Shown in pieces: positions 28,194 through 36,835 of a DNA stretch of 39,786 nucleotides. Made by a program: the position numbers and the translations under genes. Within the stretch, counting starts at the first letter, position 1; every line of letters begins with the position of its first letter. The notes beneath the pieces were generated by a model that was not told where the DNA came from, did not search any database, and was given only the letters and a program-made list of their open reading frames with translations. Source of the DNA: Sulfurimonadaceae bacterium (GTDB taxonomy: Bacteria > Campylobacterota > Campylobacteria > Campylobacterales > Sulfurimonadaceae); NCBI GenBank assembly GCA_041548245.1, contig JBFESZ010000007.1:1-39786 (forward strand). The letters run 5' to 3'.

Positions 28194-29044
28194 TAGAGAG
28201 TAATCTGTGTCCCAATACCTTCAGAGGTAAAGAGTTCTAGGAGTATTGAGTGCTCTACACGTCCGTCAATAATGTGTGCTTTTTGCACGCCCCCTTCTAT
28301 CGCTTCCAGACAGGCATCGACTTTAGGTACCATCCCCCCTATTATAGTCCCATCTGCTTTGAGCTTCTCTACTTCTTCTTCACTGAGTGTAGATAGAAGC
28401 TTTTTCTCCTGGTCAAGAACACCCGGAGTATCCGTTAAGAAGATGACCTTGTTGGCACCGATTGCTTTTGCTACTTGAGACGCAGCAAGATCCGCATTAA
28501 TGTTATAACCAGGATGCCCCAGGTGTTCACCTGCTGCGATCGGAGCAATTACAGGAATAAACTTCTCATTGATAAGGTTATGGATAACATCCGCTTTGAC
28601 CTCTGTGATGGTTCCCGTCAATCCCCATTTCGCATGCTCTTTGGGTTCGGCGAGGATAAAATGGGCATCCTTGCCACTGACTCCGATAGCTTTCGCACTA
28701 TGACCGTTTAACAAAGAGACGATACTGCTGTTAATCTCTCCACTTAGGATCATTTCGACAATACGCATAACCTCCGGCGTCGTCACTCGCTGACCATCTA
28801 TAAATTCTGTTTTGATATTAAGTTGATCCAGCATATCAGTAATCTTCTTGCCCCCGCCATGTACGATAACCGGTTTGATACCTACCAGATATAGAAGAAG
28901 GACATCTTGAGCAAAACTTTCAATCAGTTTAGGATCAGTTTGAGCCGAGCCCCCATATTTGATTACAACGATCTCTTTATTAAACGCTTTGATAAACGGT
29001 AGAGCGTCAAGAAGAATTTTTACTTTATCAATTTTTGCTTGCAT
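28193..29044 (-). CDS. argB: Acetylglutamate kinase
   Basis: VIKYGGSA, VHGGG, NINAD, LTDTPGV, GGMVPK. Confidence 0.97.
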   Translation of the reverse strand: MQAKIDKVKILLDALPFIKAFNKEIVVIKYGGSAQTDPKLIESFAQDVLLLYLVGIKPVIVHGGGKKITDMLDQLNIKTEFIDGQRVTTPEVMRIVEMILSGEINSSIVSLLNGHSAKAIGVSGKDAHFILAEPKEHAKWGLTGTITEVKADVIHNLINEKFIPVIAPIAAGEHLGHPGYNINADLAASQVAKAIGANKVIFLTDTPGVLDQEKKLLSTLSEEEVEKLKADGTIIGGMVPKVDACLEAIEGGVQKAHIIDGRVEHSILLELFTSEGIGTQITL

Positions 29045-29065
29045 TTGGCTTCTTTAGAGTAGTAA

Positions 29066-29983
29066 TTATTTATTCGAAATTCTAACATATTCCTGGACAG
29101 ATTGATGCACGCTTTCTTCAACATCAAGCTCCAGTTCAAGGTAGGACAGAGGAAGATCAAATCCCTGCATCTTCACAGCGTCTTTACGTGTTACCAAGAG
29201 GCTCTTTGCTTCATTTGACTTTAATATCTCTTGCAACTCATCTTTCTTAAAACTATAATGATCAGGGAAATATACCTTCTTGACAACATCCGGGGTCAAA
29301 TAACAATCCAGTCGCTGAGGCTTAGAGATGGCTGTTACTAATACCATACGCAATGTTGACTGAGAGAGTGTAACCTTTCGTATAAACTCTCGGCCCTCTT
29401 CTATCTCTAAAGCTTTTTTAGCACTCCACAAACGTTCTCTGTAAGGCCCAGAGGGAAGACAAAAAGGGTTTTTTTGCTTAGTCTTTATCAACAGGTCAAG
29501 TTTTTTAATGAAATGCTTACTGTAAGCATCGTCAAGAAACACAACTTCAACCCCCAAAGACCTTGCCTTGATGATTCCCTCTTCTCGATTCTCTGCAACA
29601 ATGACAACCGCCTCTGGTAGAAGGTTTGCATATAGCATCGCCTCATCACCACTGCTTTTCACATCACACAAGACATTCTGGCCGTCTGAAACCAGCTGCA
29701 TTCCTCTTGATGCACGTCCATATCCTCTAAGGACAATCGCCGGTCGTGAATAACGCTGAGCCAAGGCAACCGTCAGAGGGGTCTTTCCACTTCCCCCGAC
29801 AATAAGGTTTCCAACACTCACAACAGCAACTCCATAATCCTTTATCTTGGCACTTTTAAACTTAAACCAAACAATAAGACAATACAGTAAAGAGAGCGGG
29901 AGTAGGAGAAAGGAAACAAACCATTCGAAGAGACCGGGTGAAAATAGATATTTCTCACCCCAAAAGACTAAAGATTTTTTCAA
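29066..29983 (-). CDS. lpxK: Tetraacyldisaccharide 4'-kinase
   Basis: VGNLIVGGSGKTP, RGYGR, GDEA, LDD, LPSGPYRE, FPDHY, TRKDAVK. TTG 29983 follows AAAGG; ATG 30001 is an alternative. Confidence 0.95.
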   Translation of the reverse strand: MKKSLVFWGEKYLFSPGLFEWFVSFLLLPLSLLYCLIVWFKFKSAKIKDYGVAVVSVGNLIVGGSGKTPLTVALAQRYSRPAIVLRGYGRASRGMQLVSDGQNVLCDVKSSGDEAMLYANLLPEAVVIVAENREEGIIKARSLGVEVVFLDDAYSKHFIKKLDLLIKTKQKNPFCLPSGPYRERLWSAKKALEIEEGREFIRKVTLSQSTLRMVLVTAISKPQRLDCYLTPDVVKKVYFPDHYSFKKDELQEILKSNEAKSLLVTRKDAVKMQGFDLPLSYLELELDVEESVHQSVQEYVRISNK

Positions 29984-29991
29984 GAGAACCT

Positions 29992-31113
29992 TTATACCCA
30001 ATGTTTGGTAATATCAATGATCGTCTCGCATACATAATCTACCTCAGCATCGCTCATATCAGCATAAATTGGGATAGAAAGAACCTGCTGGAAACTGCGA
30101 AGCGCCATCGGAAAATCATTAACACGAAGAGAGTATTTACTCTTATAATAGGTCAAAAGATGTAACGGAATATAGTGTAGTCCCGTCTCAATACCCTTCT
30201 CAAGAAGTTCTCTTGCAAAAGAGTCACGGTTTTTCTTCACCTTGATGATAAACAACGAGAAAGTATGATCCGACACCGCTTCAGGCAGTGTAATATGCGG
30301 TGTGTCTTTAAGTTTTTCCATATAACGTGCTGCGATCTCTTGCTGACGCTTGACAACAGCATCTTGCTTCGACATCTGGCCCAAAATATAAGCCGCATCC
30401 AGTTCACTCATATCATACTTATTCCCTATGTCAATGACATCATATACATAGCTGAGACTGTCATCAGGCGTGACCATGGCATGATTACGAAGAAGTTGCG
30501 CACGTTCAAGTAACTCTTCATCATCCGTTACCATCATACCACCATTACAGACATTTCCCTTTAGATGGGGATTAAAACTAAAGGTAGTAATATCTGCGCC
30601 AGTCGCACCTATCATCTTCCCTTTATAGTTTGTTCCCAAAGCTTCGCTTGCATCTTCGACAATACGGATATTATAGATTTTTGCGATGTTATACAAACGT
30701 TCAAGATCAATCGGACAACCCGCGATATGACTTACAATCACTGCTTTTAACTTTTTAGACTGATTGTCCGCTAGGATTGTCTCAAGTTTGTCTAGATCAA
30801 TATTAAAAGTTTTCTCCTCGGCATCGACAAATATTGGTTCCGCATCAAAATGACGTACGACCTCAGGTACAGAGGGGAATGAGTTCACCGAACATAAAAC
30901 CTTATCACCACGCTTTAGATTGACGGCTAACATCGCCAGATGCAAAGCAGAAGTCCCGTCTGAAGTCGCAACGGCATATTTAGCCCCTGTATACTTTACA
31001 AAAGCCTCTTCGAGTTCGCGTACTTTTGAAGTCGTTTGTGTCAAAACCTCTTCAATCTGACTCTTCTCTTTATTGTCAATCCTCGGTCTATAAAACGGTA
31101 CTTTTTTTGACAT
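29992..31113 (-). CDS. DegT/DnrJ/EryC1/StrS-family PLP aminotransferase-like protein
   Basis: ELEEAF..Y.G, GTSALHLA, EDASEALG, FSF...GGM, LHYIPLH, SIPIY; catalytic-lysine region is atypical. Confidence 0.9.
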   Translation of the reverse strand: MSKKVPFYRPRIDNKEKSQIEEVLTQTTSKVRELEEAFVKYTGAKYAVATSDGTSALHLAMLAVNLKRGDKVLCSVNSFPSVPEVVRHFDAEPIFVDAEEKTFNIDLDKLETILADNQSKKLKAVIVSHIAGCPIDLERLYNIAKIYNIRIVEDASEALGTNYKGKMIGATGADITTFSFNPHLKGNVCNGGMMVTDDEELLERAQLLRNHAMVTPDDSLSYVYDVIDIGNKYDMSELDAAYILGQMSKQDAVVKRQQEIAARYMEKLKDTPHITLPEAVSDHTFSLFIIKVKKNRDSFARELLEKGIETGLHYIPLHLLTYYKSKYSLRVNDFPMALRSFQQVLSIPIYADMSDAEVDYVCETIIDITKHWV

Positions 31114-31147
31114 TATCTCTTGTCCCCTTTTTATCTTTTTTAATGAT

Positions 31148-31184
31148 GACTCTTAAAATCTATTTTTTATAGACTTTAAGAGTC
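31148..31184 (-). repeat. Intercistronic 16-bp inverted repeat (stem-loop)
   Basis: Minus-strand RNA GACUCUUAAAGUCUAU-AAAAA-AUAGAUUUUAAGAGUC, fully paired with one G-U. Confidence 0.75.
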
Positions 31185-31205
31185 GCCCTATTGTATAACT
31201 TACGG

Positions 31206-32006
31206 CTACAGGCCCACATCTCTTGGATAGTTGAAATCATGGTTGATAGAACGACTACTCAGCTTGGCGATTAAAGGCATACGTCTTTTAAACTGGTTTT
31301 GATAAATCCGCCTGATAACCATACTCACCAGTTCTTGCTCAAAGCCTTCTGCCAAAAGTTCACGTTCTGAAGCCCTCTCTTCAATATAACGGTAAAGCAC
31401 TCTATCAAGCGTTTCATAAGTATAACCCAACTCATTTTCATCATTTTGACCTTCCCATAAATCAGCAGAAGGCGCCTTATTGACAATACTATCAGGCACA
31501 CCGAGGTGACGGGCCAGTTCAAACACTTCTGTCTTGTAAAGATCTCCTATCGGATTGATTGCAGACGCAAGATCACCAAAAAGTGTCCCGTATCCAAGCA
31601 TCAACTCGCTTTTATTGCTCGTTCCAAGGACAAGGGCACTTTCTCTGGCCGAGACATCATACAGGTTTATCATTCGAAAGCGGGCAGAGAGATTGCCGAT
31701 ACGTAAAGAATCAAGACCCTCTATACCGTAAGCCTTTAGAAGTTCAGAGATGTCACGTGTCTCATGTCTTATCCCAAACTTTTCACACAGCTCATCCGCA
31801 TCATCCAGGCTGCTTTGTGATGAGAACTGTGAAGGCATCTTTACACACAACAGATTCTTCCCAAAAGCTCGATATGCCATCACGGCTACGACAGCAGAAT
31901 CCAAACCGCCGCTTAACCCAAGTACGACACGTTTTAGACCTGTCTTTTCAACCTCGTCTTTTAAAAAAGCGACCAGATACTCTGCAATCTGTGAATATTT
32001 TCCCAT
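31206..32006 (-). CDS. nadE: NH3-dependent NAD+ synthetase
   Basis: GLSGGLDSAV, GNLSARFRM, GTSNKSE, GYGTLFGD, PSADLWEGQNDE. Confidence 0.97.
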   Translation of the reverse strand: MGKYSQIAEYLVAFLKDEVEKTGLKRVVLGLSGGLDSAVVAVMAYRAFGKNLLCVKMPSQFSSQSSLDDADELCEKFGIRHETRDISELLKAYGIEGLDSLRIGNLSARFRMINLYDVSARESALVLGTSNKSELMLGYGTLFGDLASAINPIGDLYKTEVFELARHLGVPDSIVNKAPSADLWEGQNDENELGYTYETLDRVLYRYIEERASERELLAEGFEQELVSMVIRRIYQNQFKRRMPLIAKLSSRSINHDFNYPRDVGL

Positions 32007-32074
32007 TGAGCTTTTAACCTAAATTCAAGTTTAATTGAAACTATTATATCTAATTTTTTTTATTAATATACTAC

Positions 32075-32094
32075 TGAATAAATTAATTTATTCA
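32075..32094. promoter_or_regulatory. Perfect 20-bp palindrome TGAATAAATTAATTTATTCA
   Basis: Lies between a minus-strand TATAAT (32043-32048, nadE side) and a plus-strand TGaTACAAT (32131-32139). Confidence 0.5.
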
Positions 32095-32162
32095 TTTTAT
32101 CTTTACCTAAAACTGCTCTACAGAGACAAATGATACAATCTATATAAAAAAGTGACTTCATC

Positions 32163-32423
32163 ATGTCAGAGTTTTCCAAAAGGATCAAAAGAGCCAAGGA
32201 AGAAGGAAACACCCTGTTTTACAATACTTCCGGGTCTAAAACAGCATATCAACTAGGTATCAAGCACATAAGCTCGGCCGAGTTTTTGGGTTTTGCAGAC
32301 ACCTTGCCCAATGGCGACTTGCGTATTAAAAAGGCATTTATATTAGTCGACTTTGAAAGTCTCAATGTAATACAAATAAAAAAAGGCTCAACAATCATAC
32401 CCGTCAGGTTAGAGAACGCATAA
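32163..32423 (+). CDS. Hypothetical protein, 86 aa
   Basis: Fills an otherwise empty gap with no overlap; extended -10 upstream; no clear SD and no recognisable motif. Confidence 0.55.
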   Translation: MSEFSKRIKRAKEEGNTLFYNTSGSKTAYQLGIKHISSAEFLGFADTLPNGDLRIKKAFILVDFESLNVIQIKKGSTIIPVRLENA

Positions 32424-32428
32424 ATATT

Positions 32429-33247
32429 TTATCTGCACTCTATCTCGGTATTCATACGTTTTAACTCGCTACAACTAAAACCGGCATCTTTTCTCGCTTT
32501 GATGTTTAAATCTTTTTTACGTGGAAAACTCCCCGGGTAATGCTGTTCAATGATGTCAAAGTAAATCTCATACTCTACGCCAATGAGCTCACATGCATAT
32601 TTAAACCAGACATCTCCCTTGTAGACATGATCACACTCCTCTTCAAGGATGACTTCCAAGACCTTGATAATCTTTTCTGCCTTCTCATCCGATTCAAAGT
32701 TCTTAAGCTTTTCTATCATCACAGGTGTAGCATCAAGTCCATTGGCTTCGAGGTACCTCGGTACAACCGCCATGCGTTCATGCAGGCTCAGTGTTCTTTG
32801 TGAGGCTTCAAAAAGGCCGTTATGTACCGGAAGATCTCCGTAAAATGAATTGACATCATTCAAAAGCTCTTCCAACATCTCAAAATGACGCACCTCATCA
32901 TGAGCCACGCTTAACCAGTCATCATAATACTTTTTAGGCAGGTTCTTAAAACGATAAGCACTATCAAGAGCCAAATCGACAGCGGAGTACTCTATATGCG
33001 CAATGGCATGCAAAAAGATGGCTTTCCCTCTATCAGTGCTGAGTTTTTTACGCTTTAACACAACCGTCGGCGAGACCAATTGACAATATCCGGCATATGA
33101 AGGTTCCTCAAATTCGGATGAGGCCTGAGTATGCTCGAATGTAATCTGCTCTTGAAGATAAGCATCATAAAAACGTTTAAATGCATCACACTTTTCTGAA
33201 GGTTTTTTGATACGTAAAATATGCTCAAGCGTTGTAAAAAATTCCAT
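32429..33247 (-). CDS. Ferritin-like DUF455 family protein
   Basis: HAIAHIEYSAVDLALD, DEVRHF, VPRYLEANGLD, EECDHV..G..WF, RKDAGF. Confidence 0.92.
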   Translation of the reverse strand: MEFFTTLEHILRIKKPSEKCDAFKRFYDAYLQEQITFEHTQASSEFEEPSYAGYCQLVSPTVVLKRKKLSTDRGKAIFLHAIAHIEYSAVDLALDSAYRFKNLPKKYYDDWLSVAHDEVRHFEMLEELLNDVNSFYGDLPVHNGLFEASQRTLSLHERMAVVPRYLEANGLDATPVMIEKLKNFESDEKAEKIIKVLEVILEEECDHVYKGDVWFKYACELIGVEYEIYFDIIEQHYPGSFPRKKDLNIKARKDAGFSCSELKRMNTEIECR

Positions 33248-33292
33248 GGACGCATTATGCTAGAATTCGGATAAAAAAGAGTTAATGTATAC

Positions 33293-33886
33293 ATGCAAAT
33301 CAAAGTTCAACCGATGGGTCCATACCAGACCAACTGTTATATTGTCACTGTAGATGGAAAAGATATCATTATAGACCCAGGTGTGGGTGCAACCGAATGG
33401 GTCATGAAAAACGTGACGAATCCTATAGCCATTTTAAACACACATGGTCATTTTGATCATGTCTGGTCAAACCAGGAATTAAAAGAAGCCTTGGACATTC
33501 CATTATATACGCCAAAAGGTGATGTTATGTTACTGCAAAGTTCTGCGATGATGCCAGACCTGCCACCTTCATTCCCCGATGTTGAGATCGATGGGGACAA
33601 AGAACTTCAGATCGATGGTGTCACCGTTAAGTTTCGACACTACCCCGGCCATTGCCCCGGATGTTCAACTATTGAAATCGAAGATGCTATGTTTAGTGGG
33701 GACTTTATCTTTGAAAACTCTATCGGACGATGTGATTTTCCATTCTCTTCACCTGAGCAGATGAAAAAGAGTCTAACACGCTTCAAAAGCATTGAATATG
33801 ATAAGACAGTCTATCCTGGTCATGGGGGGCCAACAAGTATAAAAGCTGAACAGAGAAATGCAGACTACTGGATAAGCGTTTTATAA
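33293..33886 (+). CDS. MBL-fold metallo-hydrolase (glyoxalase II-like, YcbL/GloC type)
   Basis: TNCYI, IDPG, THGHFDH, PGHCPG, FSGDFIF, YPGHG. Confidence 0.93.
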   Translation: MQIKVQPMGPYQTNCYIVTVDGKDIIIDPGVGATEWVMKNVTNPIAILNTHGHFDHVWSNQELKEALDIPLYTPKGDVMLLQSSAMMPDLPPSFPDVEIDGDKELQIDGVTVKFRHYPGHCPGCSTIEIEDAMFSGDFIFENSIGRCDFPFSSPEQMKKSLTRFKSIEYDKTVYPGHGGPTSIKAEQRNADYWISVL

Positions 33887-33915
33887 ACCTATGTTCTATG
33901 CTTATGTAAGGAGCT

Positions 33916-34386
33916 CTAGCTTCCCTTACTGGCATTCATAAGATCAAGCTTTAAAACATGTTTCTCAAGTACAACAGTCTTAAAAAGCCCTTCAAAGACT
34001 TTGATGTCCAAAACCATCCCAACCACATCGACTTCTCGTTTACGACCATCTTTGTGACGTACCTTAGCCTTAAAGATCACTTCATCACCTGAACGTACCG
34101 GAGCCAAAAAATTTGTCGTCGCCGCTGAGAGCACTACATTCGGATCGTTTACGGCTGCCATGGCTGCGAAATCCGCTGCTGAAAAGATAAAACCTCCATG
34201 TACCAGTCCGAGTGCGTCCGCACGCATTTGATCATTCGTCATCAAACTGACCTTAGCCGAACCGTCTTTTAGCTCCTCAAGATTACCGCTGTAATGGCTG
34301 TCAATCAGTTCATGCGTACGCAAAGCATCGACCCCGTCTAGATTGATTTCCTCTTGAACTTCGTTTTCTGTTAACTCTTCTGCCAT
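33916..34386 (-). CDS. Hotdog-fold PaaI-like thioesterase family protein
   Basis: GLVHGGFIFSAADFAAMAAVN and FLAPVRSGD; directly downstream of cmoB. Confidence 0.88.
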   Translation of the reverse strand: MAEELTENEVQEEINLDGVDALRTHELIDSHYSGNLEELKDGSAKVSLMTNDQMRADALGLVHGGFIFSAADFAAMAAVNDPNVVLSAATTNFLAPVRSGDEVIFKAKVRHKDGRKREVDVVGMVLDIKVFEGLFKTVVLEKHVLKLDLMNASKGS

Positions 34387-34389
34387 CTT

Positions 34390-35292
34390 TTATTTCCTTA
34401 TTGCTTTAATATATACACGTTGTGGTGCAGGATAGCCTTCTACCGTTTTTGACGGATTATCGGCATCTAAAAAACTTCCCAGACTCTCACCTTCAATCCA
34501 TGGTGTAGAGCGCTGTTCATCTTCTGTCGTCACGGTAATATCCAATACCTCAATATCGATAAAGCCTGCCCGGCTACACCAGTTTTTAAGTGCCTTGACA
34601 GTCGGGACAAAATAGATATTTGGTATTTTGGAGTAGGTCGTTTCCGGACTCAGACATATATCGGCATCTCCCTCAATCATAAAAGTGTCTAAGAAAAGTT
34701 CTGCCCCTTTCTCCATCCCTTTTGCCAAGGCCTTTAATGTTCCAATAGGATCAGGACGGTGATACAAAACACCCAGACAAAAGACGGTATCGAACTTGTG
34801 CTCATAAAAAGGAAAATGTTCAACACCTAAAAGCTCGTATTCAATATCGCTATGAACAAAATGGTTGATAAAATCAAACTGTGTCTTGTAGAGTGCAGAA
34901 GGATCAAATCCCACAAGTTTGGCCGGTTCATGGTTAAGCATTCTGAACATATAATACCCGTTATTGCACCCGACATCTGCGACACGCTTGCCCTTGAGGT
35001 CAAAATGGGGTTCTAAAAGATTATATTTCAAGAAACTCTGCCACTCCGTGTCTATAAAGAGACCGAAAAGGTCAAAAGGACCCTTGCGCCATGGCATCAT
35101 CATCTTGGCAGTCGTCTCTATCTGCTCTTTTTGGGCTTTGCTTAAAGGAATTTTACTCTGAATCTTGATGGTATCTGAAAAGCTGCATTCCGTCTCAAAG
35201 TTCTCAAGTTCATCAAGTGCTTGACGCAGTGGTAAAATGTTTTTCCACGTCATCCATTTGCATCTTTCCTGACGAATTTCTTCTAGATTCAC
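34390..35292 (-). CDS. cmoB: tRNA U34 carboxymethyltransferase CmoB
   Basis: [44 protein letters not shown] start with AAGGA SD. Confidence 0.96.
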   Translation of the reverse strand: MNLEEIRQERCKWMTWKNILPLRQALDELENFETECSFSDTIKIQSKIPLSKAQKEQIETTAKMMMPWRKGPFDLFGLFIDTEWQSFLKYNLLEPHFDLKGKRVADVGCNNGYYMFRMLNHEPAKLVGFDPSALYKTQFDFINHFVHSDIEYELLGVEHFPFYEHKFDTVFCLGVLYHRPDPIGTLKALAKGMEKGAELFLDTFMIEGDADICLSPETTYSKIPNIYFVPTVKALKNWCSRAGFIDIEVLDITVTTEDEQRSTPWIEGESLGSFLDADNPSKTVEGYPAPQRVYIKAIRK

Positions 35293-35368
35293 ACATCTTC
35301 CTTAAATTTAATGCCTAATCTTACCTTTTCTTTGCTAAAATGATTCCAAACCCACCTTAAGAGAGTTC

Positions 35369-36256
35369 ATGCGTTTAGAAAAAAAAGCGACCATCGTTTC
35401 AAGTACCACCGCAACTATCCTGATCATTATCAAACTTTTCATCGGGATAATGAGTGGATCGGTAGCCGTATTAGCTTCTGCCATTGACTCTTTTTTAGAC
35501 CTTGCCGTTTCAAACTTCAACTACTTTGCCCTGCATAATTCCGAGAAAGAACCTGATGAACGCTTTAACTATGGACGGGGGAAAATAGAAGCCCTCGCTT
35601 CAGTAATAGAAGGAATAGTAGTGACCCTATCAGGCCTATACATTCTCTATAGTGCCATCGACAAGCTTTTGCATGAACAAAAGACCACCTATCTTGATGA
35701 ATCTATCATGGTTATGGGAGTTTCATTTATTATTACAGGTGTATTAGTACTCTTTTTAAACCGCGTGGCAAAGATAACCAACTCACTTGTCATCCGTTCT
35801 GATGCCCTACATTACAAGACGGACCTCTTTACGAATGCTGCGATCCTTGTCTCCTTGGTGATTATACATTTTACACAGATGCATATGATCGATGCTATCC
35901 TGGGGATATTAATTGCCCTGTATATTATCTATGCTGCCTATGATCTTATCAAAGAGGGGATTTTGATACTAATGGATATCGCCCTGCCTGATGAGCTTGT
36001 TGAGAATATCAAGAATACCATTATGAAACACCCTGATATTGTCGACTATCACTTCTTACAGACCAGAGGAGCCGGAAGGGATGCCTTTGTCAGTGTCCAT
36101 CTTGTCTTTAATATGTCAACTTCCCTGTATGAAGCCCATAAGGTTTGTGATACAATTGAACATGAAATTTCAAAACTCGATGAGACATTACAATGGAGTA
36201 TCGTAATCCACCCGGATCCCTACGATGATTCCGGTCGAAAAAAAGGAAAGATATGA
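35369..36256 (+). CDS. fieF: Cation diffusion facilitator, FieF/YiiP-like
   Basis: ASAIDSFLD (TM2), YGRGKIE, SDALHYKTD (TM5), C-terminal HLVF and IHPDP. Confidence 0.88.
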   Translation: MRLEKKATIVSSTTATILIIIKLFIGIMSGSVAVLASAIDSFLDLAVSNFNYFALHNSEKEPDERFNYGRGKIEALASVIEGIVVTLSGLYILYSAIDKLLHEQKTTYLDESIMVMGVSFIITGVLVLFLNRVAKITNSLVIRSDALHYKTDLFTNAAILVSLVIIHFTQMHMIDAILGILIALYIIYAAYDLIKEGILILMDIALPDELVENIKNTIMKHPDIVDYHFLQTRGAGRDAFVSVHLVFNMSTSLYEAHKVCDTIEHEISKLDETLQWSIVIHPDPYDDSGRKKGKI

Positions 36257-36807
36257 TAAAAATGGCACTACTTGCTTCTTTAATGCTTAGCTCAGCGCTT
36301 TTTTCCAAAGAGATTTCTCAAGAGATAATCGATACGGGGGACAGGCTTTCAAAAGAACTTCTAGAACAACTCAGTAGCAAGCTAAAAAATGAAATCAAGA
36401 CCAATGGTCTATTACAGGCTGCCAAGTTTTGTAACAGCAACGCACTCACCCTGACGGAAGAGATCAATTTGCGACAGGTCGAAGGCATTAGTGTCAAACG
36501 TATCTCCCTCAAAGAGCGTAACAATGCCAATGCGCCAAAACCCGATGAAGCCCTGGTATTAAAATCCATGCAAGAGATGCTGAAAAAAAACTCATTGCCT
36601 GCATATGTTATTAAAGAAGAAGACAGGACATATAAATATTACAAGCCTTTAGTGATTCAGAAGGAACTATGCCTCAAATGCCATGGCAATGTTGATAAAA
36701 ATCCCGAACTCGCTCAGTTCATTAAAGAGTATTATCCTGATGACAAAGCGATTGGGTATAAGATGGGAGACCTACGTGGTGCTGTACTCGTAGAGATCAG
36801 ACAATAA
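36253..36807 (+). CDS. Secreted c-type heme protein, DUF3365-like
   Basis: Signal peptide, SLKERN..NAP, YYKPL, CLKCH heme motif, GYKMGDLRGA. Confidence 0.9.
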   Translation: MIKMALLASLMLSSALFSKEISQEIIDTGDRLSKELLEQLSSKLKNEIKTNGLLQAAKFCNSNALTLTEEINLRQVEGISVKRISLKERNNANAPKPDEALVLKSMQEMLKKNSLPAYVIKEEDRTYKYYKPLVIQKELCLKCHGNVDKNPELAQFIKEYYPDDKAIGYKMGDLRGAVLVEIRQ

Positions 36808-36835
36808 TCAGGAAGCCTCTGTTTGACTTCTTGAT
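36807..36835. terminator. Weak stem-loop between convergent genes
   Basis: ATCAGGAAG...CTTCTTGAT, 9 bp with one G-U pair; no U tract. Confidence 0.3.

Noticed and set aside
31559-32017. 152-aa plus-strand ORF, and the many other 60-125 aa nested or antisense ORFs in the track
   Set aside because: They lie within or opposite well-supported genes (here nadE) and have no recognisable motifs; treated as shadow ORFs.
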